A stretch of 64,000 nucleotides of DNA from Eubacteriales bacterium (GTDB lineage Bacteria > Bacillota > Clostridia > Oscillospirales > CAG-382): assembly GCA_045542335.1 (NCBI GenBank), contig JAZQKV010000116.1:1433-65432 (forward strand), given 5' to 3'. Made by a program: the position numbers and the translations under genes. The notes beneath the pieces are model-generated. The model was not told the origin of the DNA, ran no database searches, and worked only from the letters and a program-made list of their open reading frames with translations. Shown in pieces: positions 19,693-28,945 of the stretch. Positions within the stretch are counted from its first letter, which is position 1; each line of letters begins with the position of its first letter.

Positions 19693-21318
19693 TTAATTGC
19701 AAAACAAAATCTCAACAGATATTTTTTTGTTTGCAAATCTTGTAAAGTTGATATACGATGACTCACCGATAAGCTCGGTTTCAAAAACAGCCTCGTCTCC
19801 GTTTATGAGGAGCTTTGCGCATTTTCTGCCTTTCGGGAGAAGTATGTGTGCCTGTATTTTCTTTGCAGGAGAGTATACATCATATCGCATCCCCTCGTCG
19901 GTCAGGATATACCGCACGTCTACCAATGCTCCGGTTACTTCATATCCCGTCAGGTAGCGAAGCTCGGTATAGTATGTAACAGGAAATTTAGGCGCAAAGA
20001 ATATTTCATCGTAATTGACACCCATGTCATTGATGCCCGCAAGAGCCTCGTCAACCGCGCTGACAAGAGCTGCAGCACCCCAAGCACTCGGACCGCCCTC
20101 AGGCTGCGGTTTGCCGTCGGTGTCGTAAAGGAAATAGATAGTTCCGTCACGCTCCACAAGCTCTATAAAACGCTGAATGATATTCCATCCGTATTCCTCA
20201 TACCCGTTGTTGAGTGCGGCTTTTGCAAGCTCTCCTGCAGTGAACGGAGAGATAGCACCGTTGACATACCTGCCTTTTTTGTAAGTATGGAATAACTCAT
20301 ACGGAGGATCAATTGTAAACCACTCCGCAAAGCATCCGGTGCGTTGCCGTCTTGCCATGTATTCCTCAATAATCGCCCGGGATTGCTCTGTATCGGTTAA
20401 GCCTCGGTTGATATCGTAAGTGTTGGAAAGAGACAGACGCTCATTTTCAAGGTTATCGATGCCGTCGTGATTCAGGTGTAACTGATGAATAAAGAATTTT
20501 CCGTTCCAAAGATGCTTGAAAATGTTTTCTTTCAAAGAAACGGCGCGGACTTCCCATTCCTTTGCTTTTTCCTCGTTTCCAAGACGGCGATTGAGCCAGG
20601 CGAGCTGACGCATTGCCTGATACACACCTGAATTGTCACCGTGCATAATGGACATAGGGCTGTCGGGATTTATTCTGCGGTTGATGCCTGCATCGGGAAG
20701 ATAGGTGAAATCCCATGTGTCGATGGTAAAAGGCCTTTTTACAAGTCCGTGTTCTTTATCAAACCGTTTTTCGTCGGACATTATGTAATCAATGCCCTTT
20801 TCAAGCTTTGGTAAAACCTTTTTCAGCCATTTATCGTCGCCCGTTGTCCTGTAAAGATAAACTGCACCTTCTACCACAAGATATTCAATATCCGCCTCAA
20901 GCTCCAGACGCACGAGTGAAAGGTTGTCGTCGGGATACATCACATAGCAGTCCTCGTTTACAAAGCTCCAATGCTTGTCATCGACTTGCTTGATCAGCTC
21001 ATAAAACTGACCGTCCTCACGTTGCGTTTCAATGATAAAATCCAGAAAGGATTTCAGGTCATACTCCCAATGCCGCATTGCTTTCATCACATGAACATGG
21101 TCACGGATCCAGTTTTTGTCGGTCATGAGGATTTTGCCGTCGATAAAAACAAGACTCCTGTCGGCTAAAATATTGCTTTGCATCTGATGTAAAAACAGAC
21201 CGAGCTTGGGGTCGGTAGTGGTGAGAATAGAGGGAAAACCAAGCTCACGGTTGTTGTATGTACCGCAGAGAACATTGTTTATCCTCATGGCAGGGAGCTT
21301 GTGCTGAAATTCAATCAT
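19693..21318 (-). CDS. six-hairpin (alpha/alpha)6 glycosidase-like protein with a C-terminal beta-sandwich
   Basis: The start was set at ATG 21318 (MIEFQHK), with a GGAGAG RBS. Overall resemblance to rhamnosidase/trehalase-type six-hairpin enzymes is from memory only. Confidence 0.5.
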   Translation of the reverse strand: MIEFQHKLPAMRINNVLCGTYNNRELGFPSILTTTDPKLGLFLHQMQSNILADRSLVFIDGKILMTDKNWIRDHVHVMKAMRHWEYDLKSFLDFIIETQREDGQFYELIKQVDDKHWSFVNEDCYVMYPDDNLSLVRLELEADIEYLVVEGAVYLYRTTGDDKWLKKVLPKLEKGIDYIMSDEKRFDKEHGLVKRPFTIDTWDFTYLPDAGINRRINPDSPMSIMHGDNSGVYQAMRQLAWLNRRLGNEEKAKEWEVRAVSLKENIFKHLWNGKFFIHQLHLNHDGIDNLENERLSLSNTYDINRGLTDTEQSRAIIEEYMARRQRTGCFAEWFTIDPPYELFHTYKKGRYVNGAISPFTAGELAKAALNNGYEEYGWNIIQRFIELVERDGTIYFLYDTDGKPQPEGGPSAWGAAALVSAVDEALAGINDMGVNYDEIFFAPKFPVTYYTELRYLTGYEVTGALVDVRYILTDEGMRYDVYSPAKKIQAHILLPKGRKCAKLLINGDEAVFETELIGESSYINFTRFANKKISVEILFCN

Positions 21319-21341
21319 TTTTGTCTCTCCTTTTGTGAAAT

Positions 21342-22208
21342 TTACAGTATACCTATTATGATTATTCCTGCTATGCCAAATACAAGACCTGTCAACTGCC
21401 TTGCGGATATCTTTTCTTTGAAAAATATCATGCCAAAGATTGTGGATAATACAACTACACCGCCGTTGAAAGCAGGAAAGAATATGACACCGTCGAGTAC
21501 CCCTGAAAGGTAAATGTTCAGCCTGTTGTAAAGACAGCTTAACAGCCCCGATATAAGGGCAAGAATGATAAATAAGTGTTTTTCCTGCTTTGAATTCGGA
21601 TTGGAGCATGAAGTAAATCCACCTGTGAAAAGACAGATTGCCGTGTAAGAAATGAGCATGACAAACGCCGCAATTATCATCATATCCGAGGTGTATTCCG
21701 AGCCTCCGCTTTTTGAAAACGCCTTGAAGGTTATGCCCACTCCTGCGGCAAAAATGAGAAACAGCAGGGAAATCACCGCCCATTTTCTTGTGAATACACC
21801 GCCCGATTTCTTGTAAGTGGTAAGGGAAAGACCGAGCATCAGAAGCATAAGCCCTGCAATATCGGCAAGAGAAATAGGCTCTTGCCACACAACAAAGCAC
21901 ACAATCGACGATACAACAAGCGAACAGTTGCCGATAAGTGTCGTCACCGACACAGGACCGCTGTTCATGGCAGCGGTTTTAAATAAGATAAAAAGAGACT
22001 GCATGATTCCGTAAATGCACCCCCAGAGCAAAGCACCCGATTCGAAATGTAATGCGCCTCCGTTTGCAATAAACAGGCATACACACCATACCAATGCACC
22101 CAATAGGTTGAATCTGTATATCGAGCCCTTTTCCGTCAGCCTTGCTTTGTGAAGAAGTGTGCTGTTCAGCGATGCGGCAAGTATGGAAAACGGCAATAAA
22201 ACTGTCAT
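21342..22208 (-). CDS. DMT superfamily (EamA/RhaT-like) 10-TM transporter
   Basis: About 10 hydrophobic segments in a duplicated 5+5 layout. Sits upstream of the glycosidase-like gene in the same operon. Confidence 0.6.
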   Translation of the reverse strand: MTVLLPFSILAASLNSTLLHKARLTEKGSIYRFNLLGALVWCVCLFIANGGALHFESGALLWGCIYGIMQSLFILFKTAAMNSGPVSVTTLIGNCSLVVSSIVCFVVWQEPISLADIAGLMLLMLGLSLTTYKKSGGVFTRKWAVISLLFLIFAAGVGITFKAFSKSGGSEYTSDMMIIAAFVMLISYTAICLFTGGFTSCSNPNSKQEKHLFIILALISGLLSCLYNRLNIYLSGVLDGVIFFPAFNGGVVVLSTIFGMIFFKEKISARQLTGLVFGIAGIIIIGIL

Positions 22209-22377
22209 GTGTTTCTCCCCTTTGATATTTTCTGCCTATATTCTATCACAAATCGTCAGCAGTTTGAATGCCGGTATTCACCAATATTATGCGATTTTTG
22301 AGCATTATATTGACAAAACCCCTTCAATTTGATATAATATATGCGAATTTTCATTCTTTTGCAAGGGGGCAAGTCTT

Positions 22378-23175
22378 TTGACATCGGTGTTGTACGAATT
22401 TGGTGAGATGGTTCACGGGCAACAAAAGAATTTTATTTTTCAATTCATAAAAGGCAGAAAGCTGACAAATATTTATCACTCGCACGATTTTTACGAGTTC
22501 ATTTGCTTTTTGCGTGGAAGCGGAACGCAAATTGTCAATGATGAAGAAATCCTGACGGAAGAAAAAACGGTGATGCTTTTATGCCCCGGAGATAAGCATT
22601 GCTTTGTGGATCAGTCACGGAACATAGAAATACTTTCTCTGTCGGTAAGACGTGAAACTTTCGAGCTTTTGTCAGATGTGTACGGAATATCCTTCATGCA
22701 AAACCCCATCCGCTTTGCTTTTCCGCGAATTTCGGGGCTGTACGATATCTGCGGAGAAAACCGTCCGATTACTGAAAACGATTGTACGCTGATTCTATCA
22801 ACATTGTTGCACGCATATACCGGGATGAAGAACCGTCAGAGCCGCACGGACATACCCGAAGAACTTTTCAATGCCGTTGTGGAAATGAAAAAAAGAGAAA
22901 ATCTGAAAACAGGCATCCCGGCATTTGTTGCTCTGTCAAATTATAGCCACAGTCATCTTTCAAGGCTTGTGAAAAAACATTTTGGCATGGGACTCAAAGC
23001 ATATATAAACGAGCAGAGATTACTTTGTGCGTATGACGATATCCTCTGGACAAACGAGTCTGCCGAGGTTATTTCGGAAAACCTCGGATTTTCAAGCTAT
23101 AGTCATTTTTATAAAATATTTAAAGAGAAATTCTCCGAATCTCCCTCATCTTTGAGAAAGGGTTTTAAAAACTGA
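22378..23175 (+). CDS. AraC family transcriptional regulator
   Basis: AraC HTH (SHSHLSRLVKKHFGMGLKAYINEQRL..., GFSSYSHFYKIFKEKFSESPSS). TTG start is uncertain. Confidence 0.85.
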   Translation: MTSVLYEFGEMVHGQQKNFIFQFIKGRKLTNIYHSHDFYEFICFLRGSGTQIVNDEEILTEEKTVMLLCPGDKHCFVDQSRNIEILSLSVRRETFELLSDVYGISFMQNPIRFAFPRISGLYDICGENRPITENDCTLILSTLLHAYTGMKNRQSRTDIPEELFNAVVEMKKRENLKTGIPAFVALSNYSHSHLSRLVKKHFGMGLKAYINEQRLLCAYDDILWTNESAEVISENLGFSSYSHFYKIFKEKFSESPSSLRKGFKN

Positions 23176-23190
23176 AAAAAGCCCTTGCGT

Positions 23191-23227
23191 AAAGGATGGA
23201 GGCCTGCATAGCAGACCTCCATCCTTT
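23191..23227. terminator. 12-bp-stem hairpin between the AraC gene and spoIVB-fragment copy B
   Basis: AAAGGATGGAGG / CCTCCATCCTTT stem. The T-run is only on the minus side and is displaced. Confidence 0.45.
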
Positions 23228-23258
23228 GCACAATGAAGACTTTTACGTCGCCGCATTC

Positions 23259-23390
23259 AGCATATTCTCAATAAAAAACCCATAACCTTTTTGCGGATCG
23301 CCCGCCATGACGCAGGTCACGGCTCCGATTATGCGATTGTCCTGAATTATGGGAGAGCCACTCACGAGTGTGTCAATATGGGACAATATT
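23259..23390 (-). repeat. copy B of the spoIVB 3' end (50-bp identical core 23315-23364, displaced 3' end and foreign arm)
   Basis: 23315-23364 is identical to 27081-27130. The minus strand reads [40 protein letters not shown]. Confidence 0.9.
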
Positions 23391-23403
23391 TTTAACATAA
23401 ACT

Positions 23404-25356
23404 TTATTTCCATTTTTCAGGAGTAGGATATTTATGGTCAATCCCTAAGAGTTTTATACAGTACTTGAATTTTTCAATTTCTGAATCTTCAGGTGTTCTT
23501 GCTTTGTGAGAATTATCCGAACAAGTCCCATCCTTTATATGCCACCATCCAATATCCTTAAAATGATAAGATTCGCTTTCGCCGATACCGCAATTAAAGG
23601 CGTCAGGACTTGCAACACCTTGAGTCAGAAGCACTTTAAACTCGTCAAGATGCTCGGTGTAAACTTGGCGTGGAGTGCAGTTGTATTTTTTGCAAATTGA
23701 ACTTGCCAATCCCACAACCTCGCCAAGCTCTCCGAGAGTACGCATAACCCTGACGGCAGAAAATGCCACATGACTGGTGCTTACAAGACGGCCCCCGATA
23801 AACAGATTGTCGGCATCTTTTGCATACAGACAGCGGTAAGGCATGGGATAAGGGATAGGAAATCCTCTGTGATATGCAAAAGAACGGAACGCCTCTCCAA
23901 ACTCTTTTTCATTGGTCGGGTCGGGGAAGTGCATATCAATGCTCCATGTAAGACAAGCTGTTGCATCATCGTATATAACCGTGTTTTCAATATCATTCTG
24001 CGTAAGGATGTAGTCACCTTTTACTCTGTAACCTTCTCTTTTGCCACCTATATGAGATACCCATTTCAGTTCAAGATTTGCAAATTTTTCTTTGTCTTTA
24101 AAATGATGTTTCTGATACGCCCAATTCGAGTAAATGGCTCTTAAACCGTAATCGCGGATATACTCAATTTCATTGACCATATCTTTTCTGAAACCGGTTT
24201 CCTGCTCCCAGTCTCCGGATGTGCAATTTAGACATGAGTTATCATTAAAGGCTAAATTCCAGTCAATATCAGGGAAATCTACTTTATTTTCACGTGCTTC
24301 GCTATACCAGCGGATAGAATGTCCCATAACCAGATTCTGATGTTCTTCCGGTGCCAGTGATTCATTAAATTCATCCTTAGATTCTCTGCCGTACATAGTC
24401 TGGCATCCCATTTTTCGTGCAAGAACAGCATCTCCGCTGCAATCTGCAAATGTATTTCCGATAATTCGCGTTTTTTTCCCGGTTACAGTATTTGTACATA
24501 TAATACCTGTAATTTTTTTGCCGTCTCTTTCTATATTTGACACGAATTCGTTTGTGAATATTTTGCAGTCTGCATACTTTTCTTCTTTGACCTGAAAAGC
24601 AGCCATTTTTCTATAATCTTCATAACATTCTTTTTCATATATGGAAGGGTATCCTACAATCGGAGCAATCTCTTTTACGATTTTTCCCAAATTAGGATAT
24701 GGCGGTAAATTAATCATGCCGCCCATGCAAACACGGATTTCACTGCTGTTGCAGCCCCCTAATATGGAACGGTCGTTGATAAGGGCAACGTGAACACCTT
24801 TACGAATTGCTGAAAGAGCTGTACAGATTCCTGCAATACCGCCGCCAACAACAACAAGGTCGAAAGTTTCGGGACAGTCTTGGATTTCTTTCCAGTTAAG
24901 CTCTCTTCTCATTTCATCTATAGAAGGAATAGCACTGTCCGGAGTTTCATCTGAAGCTGTAATATAAATGGCATCGCATCTGCCGTTAAAGCCTGTCAAG
25001 TCATGAAGTGAGATGCTGTGTGTGCCTTTTTCAAGCTGCACTTTGCCTGCAAACTGCCATGCCCAGTCTTTGCCGTTTGTTCCGAGAATTTCAGAAAGCT
25101 CAATGCCGTTAAGTTTTATTGTAAACTTTCCTGCAGAGTCCTTTACATCCCATACAGCAGTCCAATCCCTTGTAAGGGCATAGATGCTGTAGGTTCCGTT
25201 ATTGGTAATTTCAAAATCGGTAAAAGCATCTTCCACCGGACTACCCATTCCGTGTGCCATAAGGTATGCTGAATGTATCGTTTCCATGGATGCGGTATCT
25301 ATAACCCACCCGCCTTTGTTTTTAAAACTTTCTGCCTCTATGAATATATTATTCAT
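23404..25356 (-). CDS. FAD-dependent oxidoreductase with an N-terminal CBM-like beta-sandwich domain
   Basis: Dinucleotide-binding motif [16 protein letters not shown]...[10 protein letters not shown]. The roughly 150-aa N-terminal domain resembles carbohydrate-binding modules. Confidence 0.7.
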   Translation of the reverse strand: MNNIFIEAESFKNKGGWVIDTASMETIHSAYLMAHGMGSPVEDAFTDFEITNNGTYSIYALTRDWTAVWDVKDSAGKFTIKLNGIELSEILGTNGKDWAWQFAGKVQLEKGTHSISLHDLTGFNGRCDAIYITASDETPDSAIPSIDEMRRELNWKEIQDCPETFDLVVVGGGIAGICTALSAIRKGVHVALINDRSILGGCNSSEIRVCMGGMINLPPYPNLGKIVKEIAPIVGYPSIYEKECYEDYRKMAAFQVKEEKYADCKIFTNEFVSNIERDGKKITGIICTNTVTGKKTRIIGNTFADCSGDAVLARKMGCQTMYGRESKDEFNESLAPEEHQNLVMGHSIRWYSEARENKVDFPDIDWNLAFNDNSCLNCTSGDWEQETGFRKDMVNEIEYIRDYGLRAIYSNWAYQKHHFKDKEKFANLELKWVSHIGGKREGYRVKGDYILTQNDIENTVIYDDATACLTWSIDMHFPDPTNEKEFGEAFRSFAYHRGFPIPYPMPYRCLYAKDADNLFIGGRLVSTSHVAFSAVRVMRTLGELGEVVGLASSICKKYNCTPRQVYTEHLDEFKVLLTQGVASPDAFNCGIGESESYHFKDIGWWHIKDGTCSDNSHKARTPEDSEIEKFKYCIKLLGIDHKYPTPEKWK

Positions 25357-25367
25357 AATATCTCTCC

Positions 25368-26072
25368 TTAAAGTGGATTTACCTGTTTGTCAATCCCCCA
25401 TACGGTAACATCTTCAACTACAGCACGCTGCGGAAGGTTTGCTATGTACAACACTGTTTCAGCAATATCCTCAGGGAGCAGCTTGTCAGTAGTTTCACCT
25501 ATGCCGCACGCACTCTGGAAGCCCGTGCTTGCAGATGAGGGGACAACACAAGTAACTCTCACATTGTACGGCTGCATTTCAAGATACATTCCTTTTGAAA
25601 AGTTCAGCACACCTGCTTTTGCCGCAGCATAAACGCTCCATGTAGGCCAGCACTGACGGGCACAGACAGAGGAAATATTTATCATTGTACCGGTTTTTTG
25701 CTCTTTCATCATACCGGAAAATGCACGGCATCCGTAAATTACGCTGTTTAAGTTGAGTGTGATTGTTTCATCAATTTCTTCGGTTGAAAATTCACTTACT
25801 TCCTTGATAGTCACACCGCCGCCTGCGTTATTTACAAGTATGTCAAGTCTGCTGTATTTTTCCTTAACAATCTTTACAGCATTTTCCCAATCCTGCGGTT
25901 TTGTAACGTCCATTGAAAAGGCAAGGTCTCCGCCAACCTCTTTTCTTGCCTGCTCAAGCTTGTCATAATTTCTGGCGGTCATAATAACGGTGTCACCGTT
26001 ATCCTTAAAAGCTTTGGCGATTGCTTTTCCGTAGCCGCTCGATGCGCCTGTGATTAATACAATTCTTGACAT
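25368..26072 (-). CDS. short-chain dehydrogenase/reductase (SDR)
   Basis: TGASSGYGKA cofactor motif, NNAG, and the catalytic YAAAK. Confidence 0.9.
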   Translation of the reverse strand: MSRIVLITGASSGYGKAIAKAFKDNGDTVIMTARNYDKLEQARKEVGGDLAFSMDVTKPQDWENAVKIVKEKYSRLDILVNNAGGGVTIKEVSEFSTEEIDETITLNLNSVIYGCRAFSGMMKEQKTGTMINISSVCARQCWPTWSVYAAAKAGVLNFSKGMYLEMQPYNVRVTCVVPSSASTGFQSACGIGETTDKLLPEDIAETVLYIANLPQRAVVEDVTVWGIDKQVNPL

Positions 26073-26085
26073 GATTTTCAGTCTC

Positions 26086-26901
26086 CTATTCTATTGGTAT
26101 TCTAATCTCCCACTCAAAATCTTCTTCTGACATATCAAAAGGATAAACCTCAACTGTGGGTATATTTTTATTTCTTTTTAAGTTCGCCGAAGGCAACCAT
26201 TCATAAATGATTTTGCAGTACATTTCGTTTACGATATCATCATCTACAGTATTTAACGTAAAACAAGCCCACCTTGATGACGGTATTTCCTGACCTTTAT
26301 CTGATTTTTCTCCTATACTGCAGCTTACGTTTTCGCCTTGATTCAGGTAGGACACATAAATTTTGTCCGTATTAAGAGCCTTGTCGGCTCCACTTTCGTA
26401 AAATGCATTCCACACATCCTCACAGCAACAGCTGTCAGTGATGGGGGATATGCCCGAAAATCCGTTTATACAAAATGCATCGGTTTTAATAAGCCTGAAA
26501 GGTACATCCTCTCTGCCTGAAATACTTACAGAAAAATTAGGACGGGTAAAAAGATTTATTGTCGGAGTTTCATTAAGGCAGACGCTTGGAGCTACACCAT
26601 GATGTTCTTTAAATGCTCTTGCGAATGCTGATTGGTTTGAATATCCGTATCTTTCGCTTATTTCTGATATATCTGCCTTGTCTGACGAGATAATTTCAGC
26701 AGCGGCAAGGGAAAGCTTTCTTTTGCGGATGTATTCAGATACCGGACATCCTACCACAAATGAAAATATTCGCCTGAATTCATAAACCGATAAAGTCATT
26801 ATTTTTGCCATTTCATCATAATCAAGCTCTCCCATCAGATTAGATTCAATGTAGTCAATAACATCTTCTATTTTTTTGATTCCGTCGTACATTTTTCTCA
26901 C
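26086..26901 (-). CDS. AraC-type HTH regulator with a GyrI-like effector-binding domain
   Basis: N-terminal HTH (SVYEFRRIFSFVVGCPVSEYIRKRKL..., GYSNQSAFARAFKEHHGVAP) plus a C-terminal GyrI-like region. First gene of the minus-strand SDR / FAD-oxidoreductase operon. Confidence 0.8.
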   Translation of the reverse strand: MRKMYDGIKKIEDVIDYIESNLMGELDYDEMAKIMTLSVYEFRRIFSFVVGCPVSEYIRKRKLSLAAAEIISSDKADISEISERYGYSNQSAFARAFKEHHGVAPSVCLNETPTINLFTRPNFSVSISGREDVPFRLIKTDAFCINGFSGISPITDSCCCEDVWNAFYESGADKALNTDKIYVSYLNQGENVSCSIGEKSDKGQEIPSSRWACFTLNTVDDDIVNEMYCKIIYEWLPSANLKRNKNIPTVEVYPFDMSEEDFEWEIRIPIE

Positions 26902-26964
26902 ATCCTTTATTATATTATAACATATAATTTTAAAAATGGTTTATCTTTTTTTGCACTATAAAGT

Positions 26965-26997
26965 AAATGCTCGCCTATATCAGATAGACGAGCATTT
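26965..26997 (-). terminator. terminator after spoIVB
   Basis: AAATGCTCG / CGAGCATTT stem directly after the spoIVB stop on the minus strand. Confidence 0.5.
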
Positions 26998-26999
26998 TC

Positions 27000-28379
27000 C
27001 TATTTCATTTTTTCTGCCTCCGAGAGCATATTCTCAATAAAAACCCCATAACCCTTTTGCGGATCGTTAATCATGACGTGGGTCACGGCTCCGATTATGC
27101 GATTGTCCTGAATTATGGGAGAGCCACTCATGCCCTGAACAATGCCTCCGGTCGTTTCTATAAGCGCCGGGTCGTCAACTTCAAAAACAAAGTTTTTGTT
27201 AGTGCCGTCATTTTTATAGATTTTTGTGATGTTTACAGAATACTGTTTAGTTGCGCCGTCAACGGTTGAATATATCTCGGCTTTGCCCTCGTGAATGCTG
27301 TCGGAAAGGGCAATGGGCAGAGCCTCGGGGGCGGTTGCAGGATCATATGGCGGCTTGTCGAGCTGCCCGAATACTCCAAGAGGCGTGTTTTGCAAAAGCG
27401 AACCTCGGCTGATGTTGCCAAATGTGCCTTTTAATTCTCCGGGTCGCCCCTTTTCTCCTTTTATGACATCGGTTAGAGTTATATCGACTATGGTCGCTCT
27501 GAGAAGTGGCATAAGCTTTCCTGTGTCAATGTCGCAGATTCCGTGCCCGAGCCCGCCGAACATCCCCGTTTCCGGGTCATAATAGGTCACAGTTCCAATG
27601 CCTGCTGTGCTGTCCCTTATCCATAAGCCGGATTTATATTTGCTTCCCGATTCGGAAAGTGAAAGAACAGGCAGCAGAGAGGTTTCAAGTATCTCTCCGT
27701 TTCTTTCAAATTCAATCGGTAACACCGAGCCTTTTGCACTTTCAATTAGAAACGCCGCATCCTCAACGGTGTTGACCTCGATGCCGTTGATTTTTCGGAT
27801 TGTGTCAGCCTGGCGAAGTCCTGCCTTTTTGGCAGGATTTATTTTTCCGTCTGAAGTCTGAACATCGCTTGTGCCTACAACAAGTACACCTTTTGTGAAG
27901 AATTTTACGCCAAAAATGCTTCCGCAGGGTATAAGTCGGACATCCGGATAGATTTTAACGTCAACCTCTTTGACGGCAAAGTTGCCAACCATGGCTTTGA
28001 CATTGACATTTGTTTCGTGAGAGGAGCTTTCCTTGACAGATGTGTCGGGGAGGGCTTGACCGCTTTTGTCATTACTTTCGTGAGCATCTTGTTGTGGCGT
28101 CACCTGCGCTTCAATTCCGCTTTGTATGCCGGCAGCATTAAGACTTTCCGAAAGCTGCTCCTTTGCTGAACCTCGAATGTTGTTGCTTTGCAGACCGACA
28201 TATGCAACGCTGTCAGGTATCGAAAGATCCGCCGCACCAATAACCATTGTTGCGCATATGGCAAGAGTCACTACCGCAAAAAAAGCATAATGCCCTGCGG
28301 ATGTGTGCCTGTGTGGGGCGCGGGTTGTCACCTTTTTTGCTGCCCTTGTCGGCTTGCCTGAATTTTCCTCATTTGGCAT
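27000..28379 (-). CDS. spoIVB: SpoIVB, stage IV sporulation signalling serine peptidase (S55) with a PDZ domain
   Basis: N-terminal TM segment, PDZ region (GLRQADTIRKINGIEV), and S55 catalytic region (GGLGHGI..., [25 protein letters not shown]). Confidence 0.9.
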   Translation of the reverse strand: MPNEENSGKPTRAAKKVTTRAPHRHTSAGHYAFFAVVTLAICATMVIGAADLSIPDSVAYVGLQSNNIRGSAKEQLSESLNAAGIQSGIEAQVTPQQDAHESNDKSGQALPDTSVKESSSHETNVNVKAMVGNFAVKEVDVKIYPDVRLIPCGSIFGVKFFTKGVLVVGTSDVQTSDGKINPAKKAGLRQADTIRKINGIEVNTVEDAAFLIESAKGSVLPIEFERNGEILETSLLPVLSLSESGSKYKSGLWIRDSTAGIGTVTYYDPETGMFGGLGHGICDIDTGKLMPLLRATIVDITLTDVIKGEKGRPGELKGTFGNISRGSLLQNTPLGVFGQLDKPPYDPATAPEALPIALSDSIHEGKAEIYSTVDGATKQYSVNITKIYKNDGTNKNFVFEVDDPALIETTGGIVQGMSGSPIIQDNRIIGAVTHVMINDPQKGYGVFIENMLSEAEKMK

Positions 28380-28786
28380 TTTATCATTCCTTTCATTTTT
28401 CTTCTTATATTAACCGAAGCTTATCGGTTTGAATTCCTTTTATATAATCTTGTTTTGGGCAAGTCCCGGTCAAGGCTTTTTGTGTGCCTTGCTTTTGCCG
28501 CCCGTGTTTTTAATATGGCATAAGAACGGCTTTGTATGTTATGAAAAAAACCAAGTAAATTGGAATATCTGCCGAAAGCGGAATTTGTTCTTGAAGAATT
28601 TTTTTGAAATGCCCTTGTTTGCGACACCTGTTTTTTTGTGTGCCCTCACTTTTTCTTGAATGGATTTTTTTGCATAATTTTGTTATCTCAACTGATTTTG
28701 TCTGCTTTATTATAACCATTTGAAGCGATGTATATTCTGCTTGCTGCAGTATGTGGCGACTTTTACATTTTTTGCAACAAAGATTG

Positions 28787-28815
28787 TTGACAAAGGCTTC
28801 TTTGTGTGCTATAAT
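28787..28815 (+). promoter_or_regulatory. strong sigma-A type promoter reading toward the AraC / SLH-protein genes
   Basis: TTGACA (28787-28792), 17 bp, TGcTATAAT (-10 at 28810-28815). Confidence 0.6.
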
Positions 28816-28945
28816 TGTACATACTAATAAAAACACAAATAATTTATATTAAAAAACAAAATTACCATATTTATATTGACGTTTCGATATTGTATAATTG
28901 ATATTGCAAAGAACGTCAATACAGCTTTGATTTGATTTTCGGGAA

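Noticed and set aside
21319-21900. N-terminal 194-codon extension of the track ORF 19693..21900 (MLCCVARAYF...)
   Set aside because: It overlaps the DMT transporter gene (21342-22208) in another frame and has Cys/Arg/His-rich nonsense-like composition. A good RBS (GGAGAG) precedes the internal ATG at 21318, where the real glycosidase-like sequence begins.
23243-23371. Possible 43-codon mini-ORF ([42 protein letters not shown]) encoded by spoIVB-fragment copy B, with a similar one in copy C
   Set aside because: There is no Shine-Dalgarno sequence upstream of the GTG. The copies differ at their 3' ends, and the sequence is explained as a displaced gene fragment. An expressed peptide cannot be excluded but is unsupported.
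28380-28786. Sigma-F/G type promoter or small RNA in the long spoIVB upstream region, and track ORFs 28421-28836
   Set aside because: No convincing forespore-sigma -35/-10 pair could be identified by eye. The ORFs are short, basic and AT-driven, so no feature can be supported without transcript data.
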